Assembly (NCBI GenBank): GCA_964503955.1
Contig: CAZDCG010000003.1
Coordinates: forward strand, 626-64,625
Direction: 5' to 3'
DNA: 64,000 nucleotides
Origin: an uncultured Gammaproteobacteria bacterium
GTDB lineage: Bacteria > Patescibacteriota > Patescibacteriia > VMEV01 > CAYQCH01
Under the pieces are notes generated by a model. It did no database searches and was not told the DNA's origin. It worked only from the letters and a program-made list of their open reading frames with translations. A program made the position numbers and the translations under genes. The first letter of the stretch is position 1. The number at the start of each line of letters is the position of its first letter. Shown here piece after piece: positions 55,144-64,000 of this stretch.

Positions 55144-56346
55144 ATGCAACCAACACAACAACAAATAAACGAATTCCTCACCCGCGGCGTGAGCGAGGTT
55201 ATTGACCGTGAGAAACTTGAAAAAGATCTGGTTGATGGCAAGCAAATCCGTGTTTATCTCGGTATTGATCCGACCGGCTCGGACATTCATATCGGACACG
55301 CGATTGCTTTGCGCAAACTTCGCCAGCTGCAGGATTGGGGGCATCACGTTATTTTGCTTATTGGCGATTTCACCGCTTTGATCGGCGATCCAACCGGCAA
55401 AGATGAAATGCGCAAGGTGCTGACCACCGAACAGGTACTTGAAAACGCCAAAGACTATCAGCAGCAGGCCGCAAAAGTTCTCCGCTTTGAGGGAGAAAAT
55501 CCTGTTGAACTCAAATACAATAGCCATTGGCTGGCCAAGCTTTCCTTTGCCGATGTGATTGAGTTGGCTGCCAATTTCACCGTGCAGCAAATGCTGGAGC
55601 GTGACATGTTTGAAAAGCGCATCAACGAAGGTCGCCCCGTCAGTCTGCACGAATTCCTTTACCCATTGATGCAGGGATATGATTCGGTTGCGTTGGATGT
55701 TGATCTTGAGCTTGGCGGATCAGACCAGCTTTTCAATATGCTTGCCGGCCGCACGCTCAAGTCAAAGCTTCGCAATGAGGAAAAGCATGTCATGACCATG
55801 GCGCTGCTTGAGGGAACCGACGGCCGCAAAATGAGCAAGACATTTAACAACCATATCCCGATTACGGCCGAGGCAAATGACATGTACGGCAAAGTCATGT
55901 CCATCAAAGATGACCTGATCGTCCAGTACTTCACGTTGGCAACCGATATATCTATGGAAGAAATTGCGGCCATTGAAGCGGATATGAAGAATGGGGCCAA
56001 TCCACGTGACGCGAAAATGCGCCTGGCTCGCGAAATTGTAAAAATGTATCACGATGAAAAGGCCGCGCAGGCAGCCGAACAGGCATTTATCAACCAGTTC
56101 CAAAAAGGCGCGTTGCCAGAAGAAATGGAAGCATTCACCCCGGCTTCAAAAATGATGATGCTTGTTGACGTGCTTGTTGATTCAGGACTTTGTTCAAGCA
56201 AAGGCGATGCCCGCCGCATGATTGAGCAGGGGGCGGTGAAATTGAACGGGGAAGTGATGAAAAGCACGGAGGCAAAAATCGAGCTGAAAGACGGCGACGT
56301 GTTGCAAAAAGGGAAGAGAGGGTTTAGAAAGATAACACTCTCGTAG
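55144..56346 (+). CDS. tyrS: Tyrosyl-tRNA synthetase with C-terminal S4 domain
   Basis: GIDPTGSDIHIGHA, KMSKT, and a C-terminal S4-like GAVKLNGEV. Confidence 0.85.
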   Translation: MQPTQQQINEFLTRGVSEVIDREKLEKDLVDGKQIRVYLGIDPTGSDIHIGHAIALRKLRQLQDWGHHVILLIGDFTALIGDPTGKDEMRKVLTTEQVLENAKDYQQQAAKVLRFEGENPVELKYNSHWLAKLSFADVIELAANFTVQQMLERDMFEKRINEGRPVSLHEFLYPLMQGYDSVALDVDLELGGSDQLFNMLAGRTLKSKLRNEEKHVMTMALLEGTDGRKMSKTFNNHIPITAEANDMYGKVMSIKDDLIVQYFTLATDISMEEIAAIEADMKNGANPRDAKMRLAREIVKMYHDEKAAQAAEQAFINQFQKGALPEEMEAFTPASKMMMLVDVLVDSGLCSSKGDARRMIEQGAVKLNGEVMKSTEAKIELKDGDVLQKGKRGFRKITLS

Positions 56347-56520
56347 GATCAGAACGACCACAAACGCGCCAAACGTTTCCAAACCTGCTCAGAGAATGTT
56401 TGGCAACGTTGATTCCTTTGGCATATTTGGTACGTTCGGAAAAACTGACCTGAAGGCTGGCATTGAATGTGTTCAGAACCATCCTTCCGGGCGGTTTTTT
56501 GTAAAAAACTAGGAGGGAAA

Positions 56521-57156
56521 AACATGATCCGGAATTTGCCGACATCCAATGATCGGCTTTTGTTTGATCTTCGCTGGTGCGAGGGCGGCGAAGACTGGCC
56601 GGTAATCGATCGCAAAGAGCTGATGGGCATGCTTGTTCGAAAGCTCTGCCTGATCCCCGTCGAGATCGACATTGTGCAGGAAGCAAAGCAGCTGGTCGGA
56701 ACCGGCTGCTATCGTCTTTCTGCGGGTACAACCGAAGCGCCGCAGAGTGTTGATTGTTCAAGCTTCGTCAAATATCTCTTCACGCTGATGGGGATCCGAC
56801 TTCCTCGCTACTCGGCGGATCAGCGCGGCGCGGGCGCTCCGGTCGGCATGGACGAATTACTTCCCGGAGACCTCGTCTTTGCGACCGGCCCGCAGAATTT
56901 CCACGCGGATGATCCGGAAAACGGCGTGGGGCATGTCGGGCTCTATGCCGGCGAGCAGACCGTTATTCACGCGAGCCCGGGAAAGCCGGCAATCACGCAG
57001 GTTCCGCTCAAGGAGTTCTATACCGGGCGTAAGATGCGCGGAGCCTGCCGGATTCTGCCCCCAAAGCAGTACCAGCAGGTTTTTTCCCTGAAGGGGGCGC
57101 GCTACGACTATGCCGTCGACCTTCTCAGGCAGGTTCAGCGCAAGCTAAAGGCTTGA
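56521..57156 (+). CDS. NlpC/P60 (C40) family peptidase
   Basis: Catalytic DCSSFVKYLF and HVGLYAGEQTVIHAS. Confidence 0.7.
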   Translation, partial: NMIRNLPTSNDRLLFDLRWCEGGEDWPVIDRKELMGMLVRKLCLIPVEIDIVQEAKQLVGTGCYRLSAGTTEAPQSVDCSSFVKYLFTLMGIRLPRYSADQRGAGAPVGMDELLPGDLVFATGPQNFHADDPENGVGHVGLYAGEQTVIHASPGKPAITQVPLKEFYTGRKMRGACRILPPKQYQQVFSLKGARYDYAVDLLRQVQRKLKA

Positions 57157-57213
57157 CCGATGCTTTGCCACATGCTACGGTCCTCAGTCCCTCAAGAACA
57201 AGGAGGTGGGGAC

Positions 57214-57573
57214 ATGAAGAAGCATCGGTCGCGAAAGCCCAAGTGGGTTCATCTCAGCTTTGCCGACCTCGAACAGAGGCGCAAGCTTCATCGTCTCAAC
57301 ATCCGCTCGATGGCGGACCAGCTGGAGGTCACTCCCTCCACCTACTACAATTGGAGGAAGGGAAGGGTGGTTCCGCCTTTCAACCGCCAGCTCATGCTCA
57401 AGAAGAAGATCGCGGAGATGGCGGACCTCGCACAAAAGGATGCCCCTGTGCTGACCCCGGAGGGCATCGAGGCGACGGCCAGCATCGTCAAGGCGTACCT
57501 GGCCAACGGCATGTGCAAGCCCGGCGATCTCCCCAGGCTCATCCACGGTGTCCGCCGCGCGCTCGCCGTCTGA
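57214..57573 (+). CDS. Putative HTH DNA-binding protein (GC-rich)
   Basis: AAGGAGGTGG Shine-Dalgarno sequence. LNIRSMADQLEVTPSTYYNWRKG is HTH-like. Confidence 0.4.
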   Translation: MKKHRSRKPKWVHLSFADLEQRRKLHRLNIRSMADQLEVTPSTYYNWRKGRVVPPFNRQLMLKKKIAEMADLAQKDAPVLTPEGIEATASIVKAYLANGMCKPGDLPRLIHGVRRALAV

Positions 57574-57690
57574 TCCTCGTCGCGGCATCAAGCGCCCCGG
57601 CAAGCCTTTCAGGGCTTGCCGGGGCGTGTTCGTTTTAAGGAAGATTTACAAACAAAAACCCCTCCCGGAGGGAGGGGCAGGAATACATCC

Positions 57691-58128
57691 TTACACGGCA
57701 GCTTCGTCTTTCTTTTCCTCGGTTGGTGTTTCTGTTTCAGTAGGTGTTTCTGCTGGAGCTTCGGCTGCTTCTTTGGCAGCTTTTTCGGCTTCGGCCTTTG
57801 CCTTGGCTTCTTCTTTTGCCTTTTCTGCTGCTTCTTTGATCGCTGTCTTGGCTGCTTTTCCAAGTTTAGAAACATTGCGTTTCTTGTCTTTGATCAGGCC
57901 GGCTTCAACCAGGATATTGTGAACGGAATCCGTTGGCTGCGCGCCTTGCGACATCCAGTGTTTCACTCGGTCTTCTTTGAGTGTTACCGTTGCTGGATTT
58001 GTCAGTGGGTTATAAGTGCCGACATTTTCGAGGTAATTTCCCCATGGATCTTTGGTATGTTCCATGACAAGAATTCTGTAGATCGGCTGCTTCTTTTTCC
58101 CCACGCGAGAGAGTTTAATCTTCAGCAT
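57691..58128 (-). CDS. rpsP: 30S ribosomal protein S16 with Lys/Ala-rich C-terminal extension
   Basis: MLKIKLSRVGKKKQPIYRILV is the canonical S16 N-terminus. About 60-aa KAEAK-rich tail. Confidence 0.85.
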   Translation of the reverse strand: MLKIKLSRVGKKKQPIYRILVMEHTKDPWGNYLENVGTYNPLTNPATVTLKEDRVKHWMSQGAQPTDSVHNILVEAGLIKDKKRNVSKLGKAAKTAIKEAAEKAKEEAKAKAEAEKAAKEAAEAPAETPTETETPTEEKKDEAAV

Positions 58129-58366
58129 GTGATTTCATTTTAATGCAAAACGAGGATAGACCTCGTTTTTATAAGAGTGCCTTGAGAGAATTGACGGTAC
58201 CCTCAAGAGCATCAGAGCATGGCCGTATTTAACCAAGAATTTCAGAAAAGGTCAATAGAATGCAGGTGAAAAGAATACAAAATGGCATGATTGACTAGTT
58301 CGAAAAATAATGGTATACATAGGTGTCAGTTTTGTTGTGATTGGATGAAATTCAGAAGAGGTAAGC

Positions 58367-58987
58367 ATGACCGTACGTTTCAGCAAGGATCTCCGCGTGG
58401 ATGCCGATGTCGAGCTCGATCAGCTGAAGGCCAACCTCGAGCGGGGTGTGACCACCATCCAGAAGATGTGGCTCGCGGCCTGGCTGGGCAACGAGCCCGC
58501 CCAGAAGCTCCTCGAGTCCGGCCCCGTGCACCGCGCGCTCGCGAACCTGGGCAACGGCCCCATCGGCCCTGTGCTCCAGTCCTTCGACAACGACAACAGC
58601 TTCACCCGCCGGGTGCTGCTGGTGGTCGCCAAGAAACTCCTGCCCGCCTGGCAGGTGCTCTTCCCGGACGATCCGCTCGGCCAACACGTGGTCGACAGCA
58701 TCGAGCACGCGATCAGCCACGGTCCCAACCCCGACATCAAGCAGCACCTGGGCGACAAGATCGGGTGCGGCCGGTACGGCATGGTCAGCGAGAGCAGCTG
58801 GCTGGCGGCCCTGCTCCGGAAGGCGCACGAGCCCAAGCCCAGCCTCAACTTCAAGGACGAGGTGGTCGTGCCGCTGATCGGGACCGATCAGAACATCCAG
58901 GACAACGCGCTGGCGCTGGACATCCTCAACCAGGAGCTGTCCATGTGGCTCCTGACGGGCCGCGAGATCAGCATCAGCCAGCGCTAG
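58367..58987 (+). CDS. Hypothetical protein (GC-rich, ~65% GC)
   Basis: Clear ORF with a GAAGAGGTAAG Shine-Dalgarno sequence. The overlapping minus-strand ORFs are artefacts. Confidence 0.4.
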   Translation: MTVRFSKDLRVDADVELDQLKANLERGVTTIQKMWLAAWLGNEPAQKLLESGPVHRALANLGNGPIGPVLQSFDNDNSFTRRVLLVVAKKLLPAWQVLFPDDPLGQHVVDSIEHAISHGPNPDIKQHLGDKIGCGRYGMVSESSWLAALLRKAHEPKPSLNFKDEVVVPLIGTDQNIQDNALALDILNQELSMWLLTGREISISQR

Positions 58988-59279
58988 AGGCCGGCTTGGC
59001 CGCTTGGCCAACAACAAGGCCCCCGAGACGAGAGATTGTCTTCGGGGGCTGTTTGTTTACGATCCGTGGGGAGAAGGAGAATTGTGCGATGAAATTCATT
59101 ATTGCAGCTTAGCTTTGGTTTGTGCGTGGGGTTTGTGACATGAAGAAATTTTGTGATAGATTAGCGATGGTTTACTGCCATGCGCCGGTACCGTTCTTAG
59201 ATGTGTGGTGATTTGAGAGGTGTTTATGGGTGGCAAGAACCACCAGCCGTGCCGGTCTTGGTTGCCGGAGTCTACGAAG

Positions 59280-59462
59280 ATGTCGCGGGCTTTGAGCGAA
59301 CTCACGGCACAGATCGAGTTTGCGAACCTTGCGCTTGAGGACGCGATCATCACTGAGGACGAGGGGGAGGGGAAGAGCCTGTCAACGGTTATCGAACGCT
59401 TCTCCCTGTCGGAAGAGGCCGCGGCTGTGAAGCCCCCGCGCGAGCTAATTTCAATTCTATGA
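59280..59462 (+). CDS. Hypothetical small protein
   Basis: ORF 59220..59462. Internal Met at 59280. Weak. Confidence 0.2.
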   Translation: MSRALSELTAQIEFANLALEDAIITEDEGEGKSLSTVIERFSLSEEAAAVKPPRELISIL

Positions 59463-59908
59463 ACCAATCATTTTCTATCAAACAAGTTCTCGAGATTCTC
59501 AAAAACGAAGTGGATGGCGATGTCCAAGCAGCTCTTGGTAAAATGGCGTCTGGTTATACTATGACGTGGATGTACAAATCACCGAAACGGGAAGAGCTTT
59601 TTCCGGCAACCGAGATGGATATCAAAGCCGAAATGGAGGATGTCTACCGTATCAAGGGACGCAGCTATGATATTCGCAATATTGCCGAGGGAGAAAATAC
59701 GGTGATGGTGGAGCTGATCGAGAGTTATCCGGACCCGGAAACGGGTCAAGTGTACCGTACGCCGTTGGTGCTCGTTTTGGAAATGGAGGATGGAAAAATA
59801 AAAACGGGACGCCATTATTGCGACCCGAATTTATCGTATGAGAATCTCAACATGGAACAGATTAATGCGGCATACCGGGGGACAACGACAAAGCTCATGA
59901 TTGATTAG
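59459..59908 (+). CDS. NTF2-like/SnoaL-like fold protein, tentative
   Basis: Size and hydrophobic pattern only. Confidence 0.3.
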   Translation: MNQSFSIKQVLEILKNEVDGDVQAALGKMASGYTMTWMYKSPKREELFPATEMDIKAEMEDVYRIKGRSYDIRNIAEGENTVMVELIESYPDPETGQVYRTPLVLVLEMEDGKIKTGRHYCDPNLSYENLNMEQINAAYRGTTTKLMID

Positions 59909-62694
59909 AGTCTTGTTGTATGCTTATCAACATCTTCCAGCTTCACAGACAACAACTTTGAAACACCCTCTTTGCCCATGGTCACGCCGTAAATGGTGTC
60001 GGCGATATTCATGATGGTGCGGTTGTGGGTGATGATAATGAACTGGCTCTGCTTGGTCAGCTCTTTTAGAACGTTGGCCATGCGGGTGGAATTTGCTTCA
60101 TCCAAAGCTGCGTCAACCTCGTCCATCAAAATAAATGGAGCCGGATTGTGATGGATAATGGCGGCAATCAGAGCCAATGAGGTCAGCGAGCGTTCACCGC
60201 CGGAAAGCATGGCAATGGTCGAAAGCTTTTTGCCGGCAGGGGATGCATAGATGTCAATACCTTTGATATCGCTGCGGCGGTATTTTTTCGCCCGGGTCAT
60301 TGGTTTTTCGTCTTGCGCGTCATCTGTCATCCCGTCTTGCTGTTCCTCGGTTTCATCCGTGGACGGGTTTTGCGCCGCCGCGTCGTTTTCATCATCTGGA
60401 AGAATCTTGATCAATTTGGCTCTGCCGCCGCCAAAGAGAATCTGGAAATAACGCTCAAATTCCCGGTTGATGAAATTAAACGCGCGGTCAAATTGTTTCA
60501 CAATGGTTTTATCAAGTTCCTGGATCACTTCTTCAATATGCTTGATCGCCTTGTCCAGATCTTCGACCTGCGTTGAAAGAAAATCATGCCGTTCTTTTAC
60601 CTGTTCGTATTCTGAAACCGTTTCAGGGTCAATACCGCCAATCAATTCCAGCTGGTATTTAAACTTTTCAATCTGGGAAAAGAGATGCTCGGTCGGCAGC
60701 GCGTCCAGATCGTTTTCCGTATCTTCCGGACGCTTTTCTACCACGGTGATTTCGCCAAGCTCTTTACGGATTTCAGATTCGAGATCTTCAAGCTTGGTTT
60801 CCGTGCGGGCCTTCTCGACCTGAATAAGATGCTGCTTTTGCTGCACCTGGGTCATCTGCTGCTGCAATTCGCGGTACTGATGCTCAAGCTGGAAAATGCG
60901 GCTCTGTTTTTCTTCCTCTTCCGCGTTGAAGCTCTGAAGTTTCTGCTGCAAACCGGCAATATCCGCGTCCAGCGCGTCGATTTGGTGCTGCAGTTTTTCC
61001 TGTTGCTCCTGCTGGGCGGATTTGTCGAGCTTGCCTTTCTCAGCCTGCTGCTGCGTGGAAAGATCCTGTTTGATGCGTCCAAGCTCCTGCTGGATCTGAT
61101 TGTGGTCGCGTTCTTTCAAACGGAGTTTTTCTTCAAGAACCTGTAATTTGATTTGCAGCTGGGTTCGTTCAGGCAGCAGCCGTTCCTGTTCCTCGGTTTT
61201 GGCGGAAAGGGCTTGCTGTAAATTCCAGAGCTCCTGGGATTCGGAGAGCTTGACATCTTCTTCTTTGCTTAAGCCTCCGATTTCCGTTGAAACAAAGTCC
61301 GACAATTCATTGATTTGCGCCTGGATCATTTCCGCCTGCGCCTGCAGCTGCGGCAATTCTTCCGCTGACGCTTTCACCAGTTTGGAACTGAATTTCTGCA
61401 CGAGAAGATACAGCTCTTTGAGCCGGCGTGCGATGACATTGAGCGGACCTTTGGCCGCTTCATTTTTTAATTCTTCTTTCAGGCGGGAAAGACTCGTCTG
61501 GGTTTCCTCAATCGTCTGTTTAAGCCCCTGCAGCAATTCGTCTTTCATTTTCAGATCCGCCGCGGCAGACGAGCGTTCCTGTTTGATCTGATCCATTTCT
61601 TTCTGTACCTCAACCAGCCGCGCGGTAACTTCTTCTTCCTGGCGGTAGAGCCAGGCGAGATTCAGCTTGCCTTGTTTTTCAAGATCAATTTCAAGCCGTC
61701 CTTTGATGACGGTCAAATCACGCAAGAGCTTATTGCGTTCCTGGTTTTTCTGTTCGACTTCCTGCTGCAATTGGTCAAATACCTGGCTTCGTTTGTCAGA
61801 CTTTTCAATGGCTTCAAGCTGCGCGCGCTTGTCTTGCAGGCCTAATGTCAGCTCGTCAATCTGTTTTTGCAAATTCTCGATCTGAGCGGCCTGGGCGGCT
61901 TTTGTTCGGCGCAATTCATTGAGCAGCCGGTTATAGTATTCCTGCTGATAATTGCGCAGGGAAGCCTGCACCGCTTCACGCTGTTCCAGTCGTTTTACCT
62001 GTCTGGTCAGTGATCTGAGCTGCGGCTCAATCTCTTTAATGAGGAGCGTTGCCTGATGCAGGTTTTCCTCACTGCGTTCAAGCTTGTTCAAAGCCTGGTG
62101 CCGCTTGATCTGATGCTCTTTTACACCGACCGCTTCGTCAAAAAAGGATTTTCGTTCCAAAGGCGTAGCCAAAAGCACGGAATCGATCATGCCCTGGCTG
62201 ATGATGGAAAAGCTTTTTGTTCCAAAACGAGCTTTGGCGAGTAGCAATTGAATATCAAAAAGCCGCACCGGATTTTTATTGATCATGTACTCGCTTTGCC
62301 CGTCGCGGTAGAGGCGGCGCGAGAGCACAAGTTCGGCATAATCAATCGGCGCGGTTTTGTCTTCATTATTGAGATACAGAGAAACTTCGGCGTATCCAAG
62401 TCGCGCGCGCTTGTCTGATCCGGCAAAAATCACGTCTTCTGATTTTTTCCCGCGGATATTCTTGATGCTCTGTTCGCCAAGCACCCACTTGATCGCGTCA
62501 GAAACATTCGATTTTCCTGATCCATTCGGTCCGACAATGATGGTCACGCTATTGCGGCCCGAATGCGGTTTAGGAAATTCTAAAATCGTTCGGTCCGCGA
62601 ACGATTTGAAACCCTGGATTTCGATTTTTTCTAAATACATGTCTGCTGCATGCGCCTTAACGTGTTTCTGGAGTATACCACAGGGGCCTTTCAA
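59905..62694 (-). CDS. smc: Chromosome segregation protein SMC (short form)
   Basis: N-terminal Walker A GPNGSGKSN. Long coiled coils. C-terminal signature LSGGERSLTSLALIAAI and Walker B ILMDEVDAALD. Confidence 0.8.
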   Translation of the reverse strand: MKGPCGILQKHVKAHAADMYLEKIEIQGFKSFADRTILEFPKPHSGRNSVTIIVGPNGSGKSNVSDAIKWVLGEQSIKNIRGKKSEDVIFAGSDKRARLGYAEVSLYLNNEDKTAPIDYAELVLSRRLYRDGQSEYMINKNPVRLFDIQLLLAKARFGTKSFSIISQGMIDSVLLATPLERKSFFDEAVGVKEHQIKRHQALNKLERSEENLHQATLLIKEIEPQLRSLTRQVKRLEQREAVQASLRNYQQEYYNRLLNELRRTKAAQAAQIENLQKQIDELTLGLQDKRAQLEAIEKSDKRSQVFDQLQQEVEQKNQERNKLLRDLTVIKGRLEIDLEKQGKLNLAWLYRQEEEVTARLVEVQKEMDQIKQERSSAAADLKMKDELLQGLKQTIEETQTSLSRLKEELKNEAAKGPLNVIARRLKELYLLVQKFSSKLVKASAEELPQLQAQAEMIQAQINELSDFVSTEIGGLSKEEDVKLSESQELWNLQQALSAKTEEQERLLPERTQLQIKLQVLEEKLRLKERDHNQIQQELGRIKQDLSTQQQAEKGKLDKSAQQEQQEKLQHQIDALDADIAGLQQKLQSFNAEEEEKQSRIFQLEHQYRELQQQMTQVQQKQHLIQVEKARTETKLEDLESEIRKELGEITVVEKRPEDTENDLDALPTEHLFSQIEKFKYQLELIGGIDPETVSEYEQVKERHDFLSTQVEDLDKAIKHIEEVIQELDKTIVKQFDRAFNFINREFERYFQILFGGGRAKLIKILPDDENDAAAQNPSTDETEEQQDGMTDDAQDEKPMTRAKKYRRSDIKGIDIYASPAGKKLSTIAMLSGGERSLTSLALIAAIIHHNPAPFILMDEVDAALDEANSTRMANVLKELTKQSQFIIITHNRTIMNIADTIYGVTMGKEGVSKLLSVKLEDVDKHTTRL

Positions 62695-62731
62695 AAATCT
62701 ATGCTACAATAGGTGAACAAGTGTCAATGTT

Positions 62732-63772
62732 ATGGCGTATAATCGCTCTTCCATCATCCTGCTGGCCGAGGACTCGGCTTTGCGCGCGCTGCAGCTTCAA
62801 CAAGAGGGAGGCGGTTTTCGCGTATCTGCGAGAGCAGAGGCACAGCTGCCTTCCGGTGTGATCGAAAAAGGAAGTCTTTTGCGCAAGTCGTATTTTACGG
62901 ATGTGCTGTCTTCCATGCTCAATGAGCCGCAGGAAGGATCCTTTCAGGGAAGCAGCATCGTTTTGAGTCTTTGCGACCGCCTCTTTGTTCAGCGCCAGAT
63001 CAGAGCTCAAGCCAGTCATGACAAACGCCATGCTTTGCTCAAGCGCATCGCCTGCGCGCATTTTGGTGGAGATAAGCCGCTGTTCTGCGTGCAAGGCCAT
63101 GACGAGGATCATTTTTCCATGACGGCTGTTCATCCCTCGGAGCTTGATACCTATCGCAGCAGTCTTGAAGATGCCGGACTTGATATTGACCAGGTTTTGT
63201 CTCACTCCGCTTCCTTGCTGCATGGCTTGTATGAAGATCAGCAGGTTTCAGAACCGGTATTAGGCTTGTATATCGGCGCGAACCGCACCAATGCTTTTTT
63301 AGCCGATGCCTTTGGATTGCATCAGACTGACCATGTGCCGTTTGGAACGTCTTTGCTTGAGCAGACACTTGCCCGAGCTTTTCAGGTGCATCCGCTTTCC
63401 GCGCGTGCGGCTTTGCGCCGAGCAGGTCTTGACCGGCAGCATGAAGGTCCGCAGGTTTACTATGAAACGATTCAGGATCAGCTCAAGCCGGTACTTCGCG
63501 CGTTAACGGATTTGCGGACGCTCGCGCAACTGTATCAATATGGAGATCTTTCGCTTGTCGTCACGGGGCAGGGAGCTGCTTTGCCTGGATTGGCGGAATT
63601 CTTGCAAGAGGAAACAGGGCTTCCGTTACGAAGGCAGACCTCGTCTGTTCCTTTGAATCATCAATGCGAGCTGGCTGATCGTCTGGAACTTGAGCCGCTG
63701 CTTGGTGCTGCGATGACATCGTTCCGCCGGTCGGCAATTCCGCATTTCACCACGGATCATTTGTTTGAGTAA
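62732..63772 (+). CDS. PilM/FtsA-like actin-fold protein
   Basis: N-terminal SIILLAEDSALRALQL...LPSGVIEKGSL. C-terminal LSLVVTGQGAALPGLAEFLQEETGLPL. Confidence 0.35.
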   Translation: MAYNRSSIILLAEDSALRALQLQQEGGGFRVSARAEAQLPSGVIEKGSLLRKSYFTDVLSSMLNEPQEGSFQGSSIVLSLCDRLFVQRQIRAQASHDKRHALLKRIACAHFGGDKPLFCVQGHDEDHFSMTAVHPSELDTYRSSLEDAGLDIDQVLSHSASLLHGLYEDQQVSEPVLGLYIGANRTNAFLADAFGLHQTDHVPFGTSLLEQTLARAFQVHPLSARAALRRAGLDRQHEGPQVYYETIQDQLKPVLRALTDLRTLAQLYQYGDLSLVVTGQGAALPGLAEFLQEETGLPLRRQTSSVPLNHQCELADRLELEPLLGAAMTSFRRSAIPHFTTDHLFE

Positions 63773-63790
63773 TCACCAAAAAGAAAAAGC

Positions 63791-63826
63791 GCGGATGTGC
63801 TCCGCGCTTTTTTGTTTGAACGATTT
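63791..63826. terminator. Bidirectional rho-independent terminator
   Basis: A-run-AAGCGCGGA-TGTGC-TCCGCGCTT-T6. Confidence 0.8.
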
Positions 63827-63828
63827 TA

Positions 63829-64000
<172 letters not shown>

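Noticed and set aside
59905-62694. SMC called as truncated or a pseudogene because it is only 929 aa
   Set aside because: Both the head ATPase motifs and the signature motif are intact and in frame. Short SMC forms exist, so it was kept as functional.

Overview
This 64 kb window looks like a bacterial chromosomal segment with a mosaic composition: an AT-leaning backbone interspersed with GC-rich genes of unknown function. Housekeeping genes anchor it: truB, nth, valS, tyrS, rpsP (with a Lys/Ala-rich tail), smc, the 3' end of trxB, and tRNA-Ala(GGC) plus tRNA-Ile(UAU). A tRNA-Pro(GGG)-like gene carries an upstream duplicate of its 5' half.

The accessory content is the more interesting part:
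- A Type III restriction-modification operon has a translationally coupled DUF3800-like gene inserted between mod and res.
- An IS200-like HUH tyrosine transposase (possibly REP-associated, RAYT-like) carries its own REP-like palindrome both upstream of and inside the gene.
- Next to it is a GC-rich three-gene cassette on the minus strand: two paralogous small proteins plus a 247-aa protein. Two of the genes are followed immediately by homologous ~52-nt GC-rich stem-loops.
- Two ECF sigma/anti-sigma pairs are present, with paralogous extracytoplasmic domains flanking dps.
- Two Hanks-type Ser/Thr kinases sit close together.
- A divergent Ku-like protein has a Cys-rich insert.
- A complete type IV pilus/competence-like cluster contains pilB, pilC, pseudopilins, a 1266-aa prepilin-tipped multi-beta-propeller protein, PilM-like proteins and three tandem diversified major pilin paralogs.

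Several short palindromic repeat families recur in the long intergenic regions. No CRISPR array or rRNA was seen. All functional calls come from motif recognition by eye; no database search was possible.
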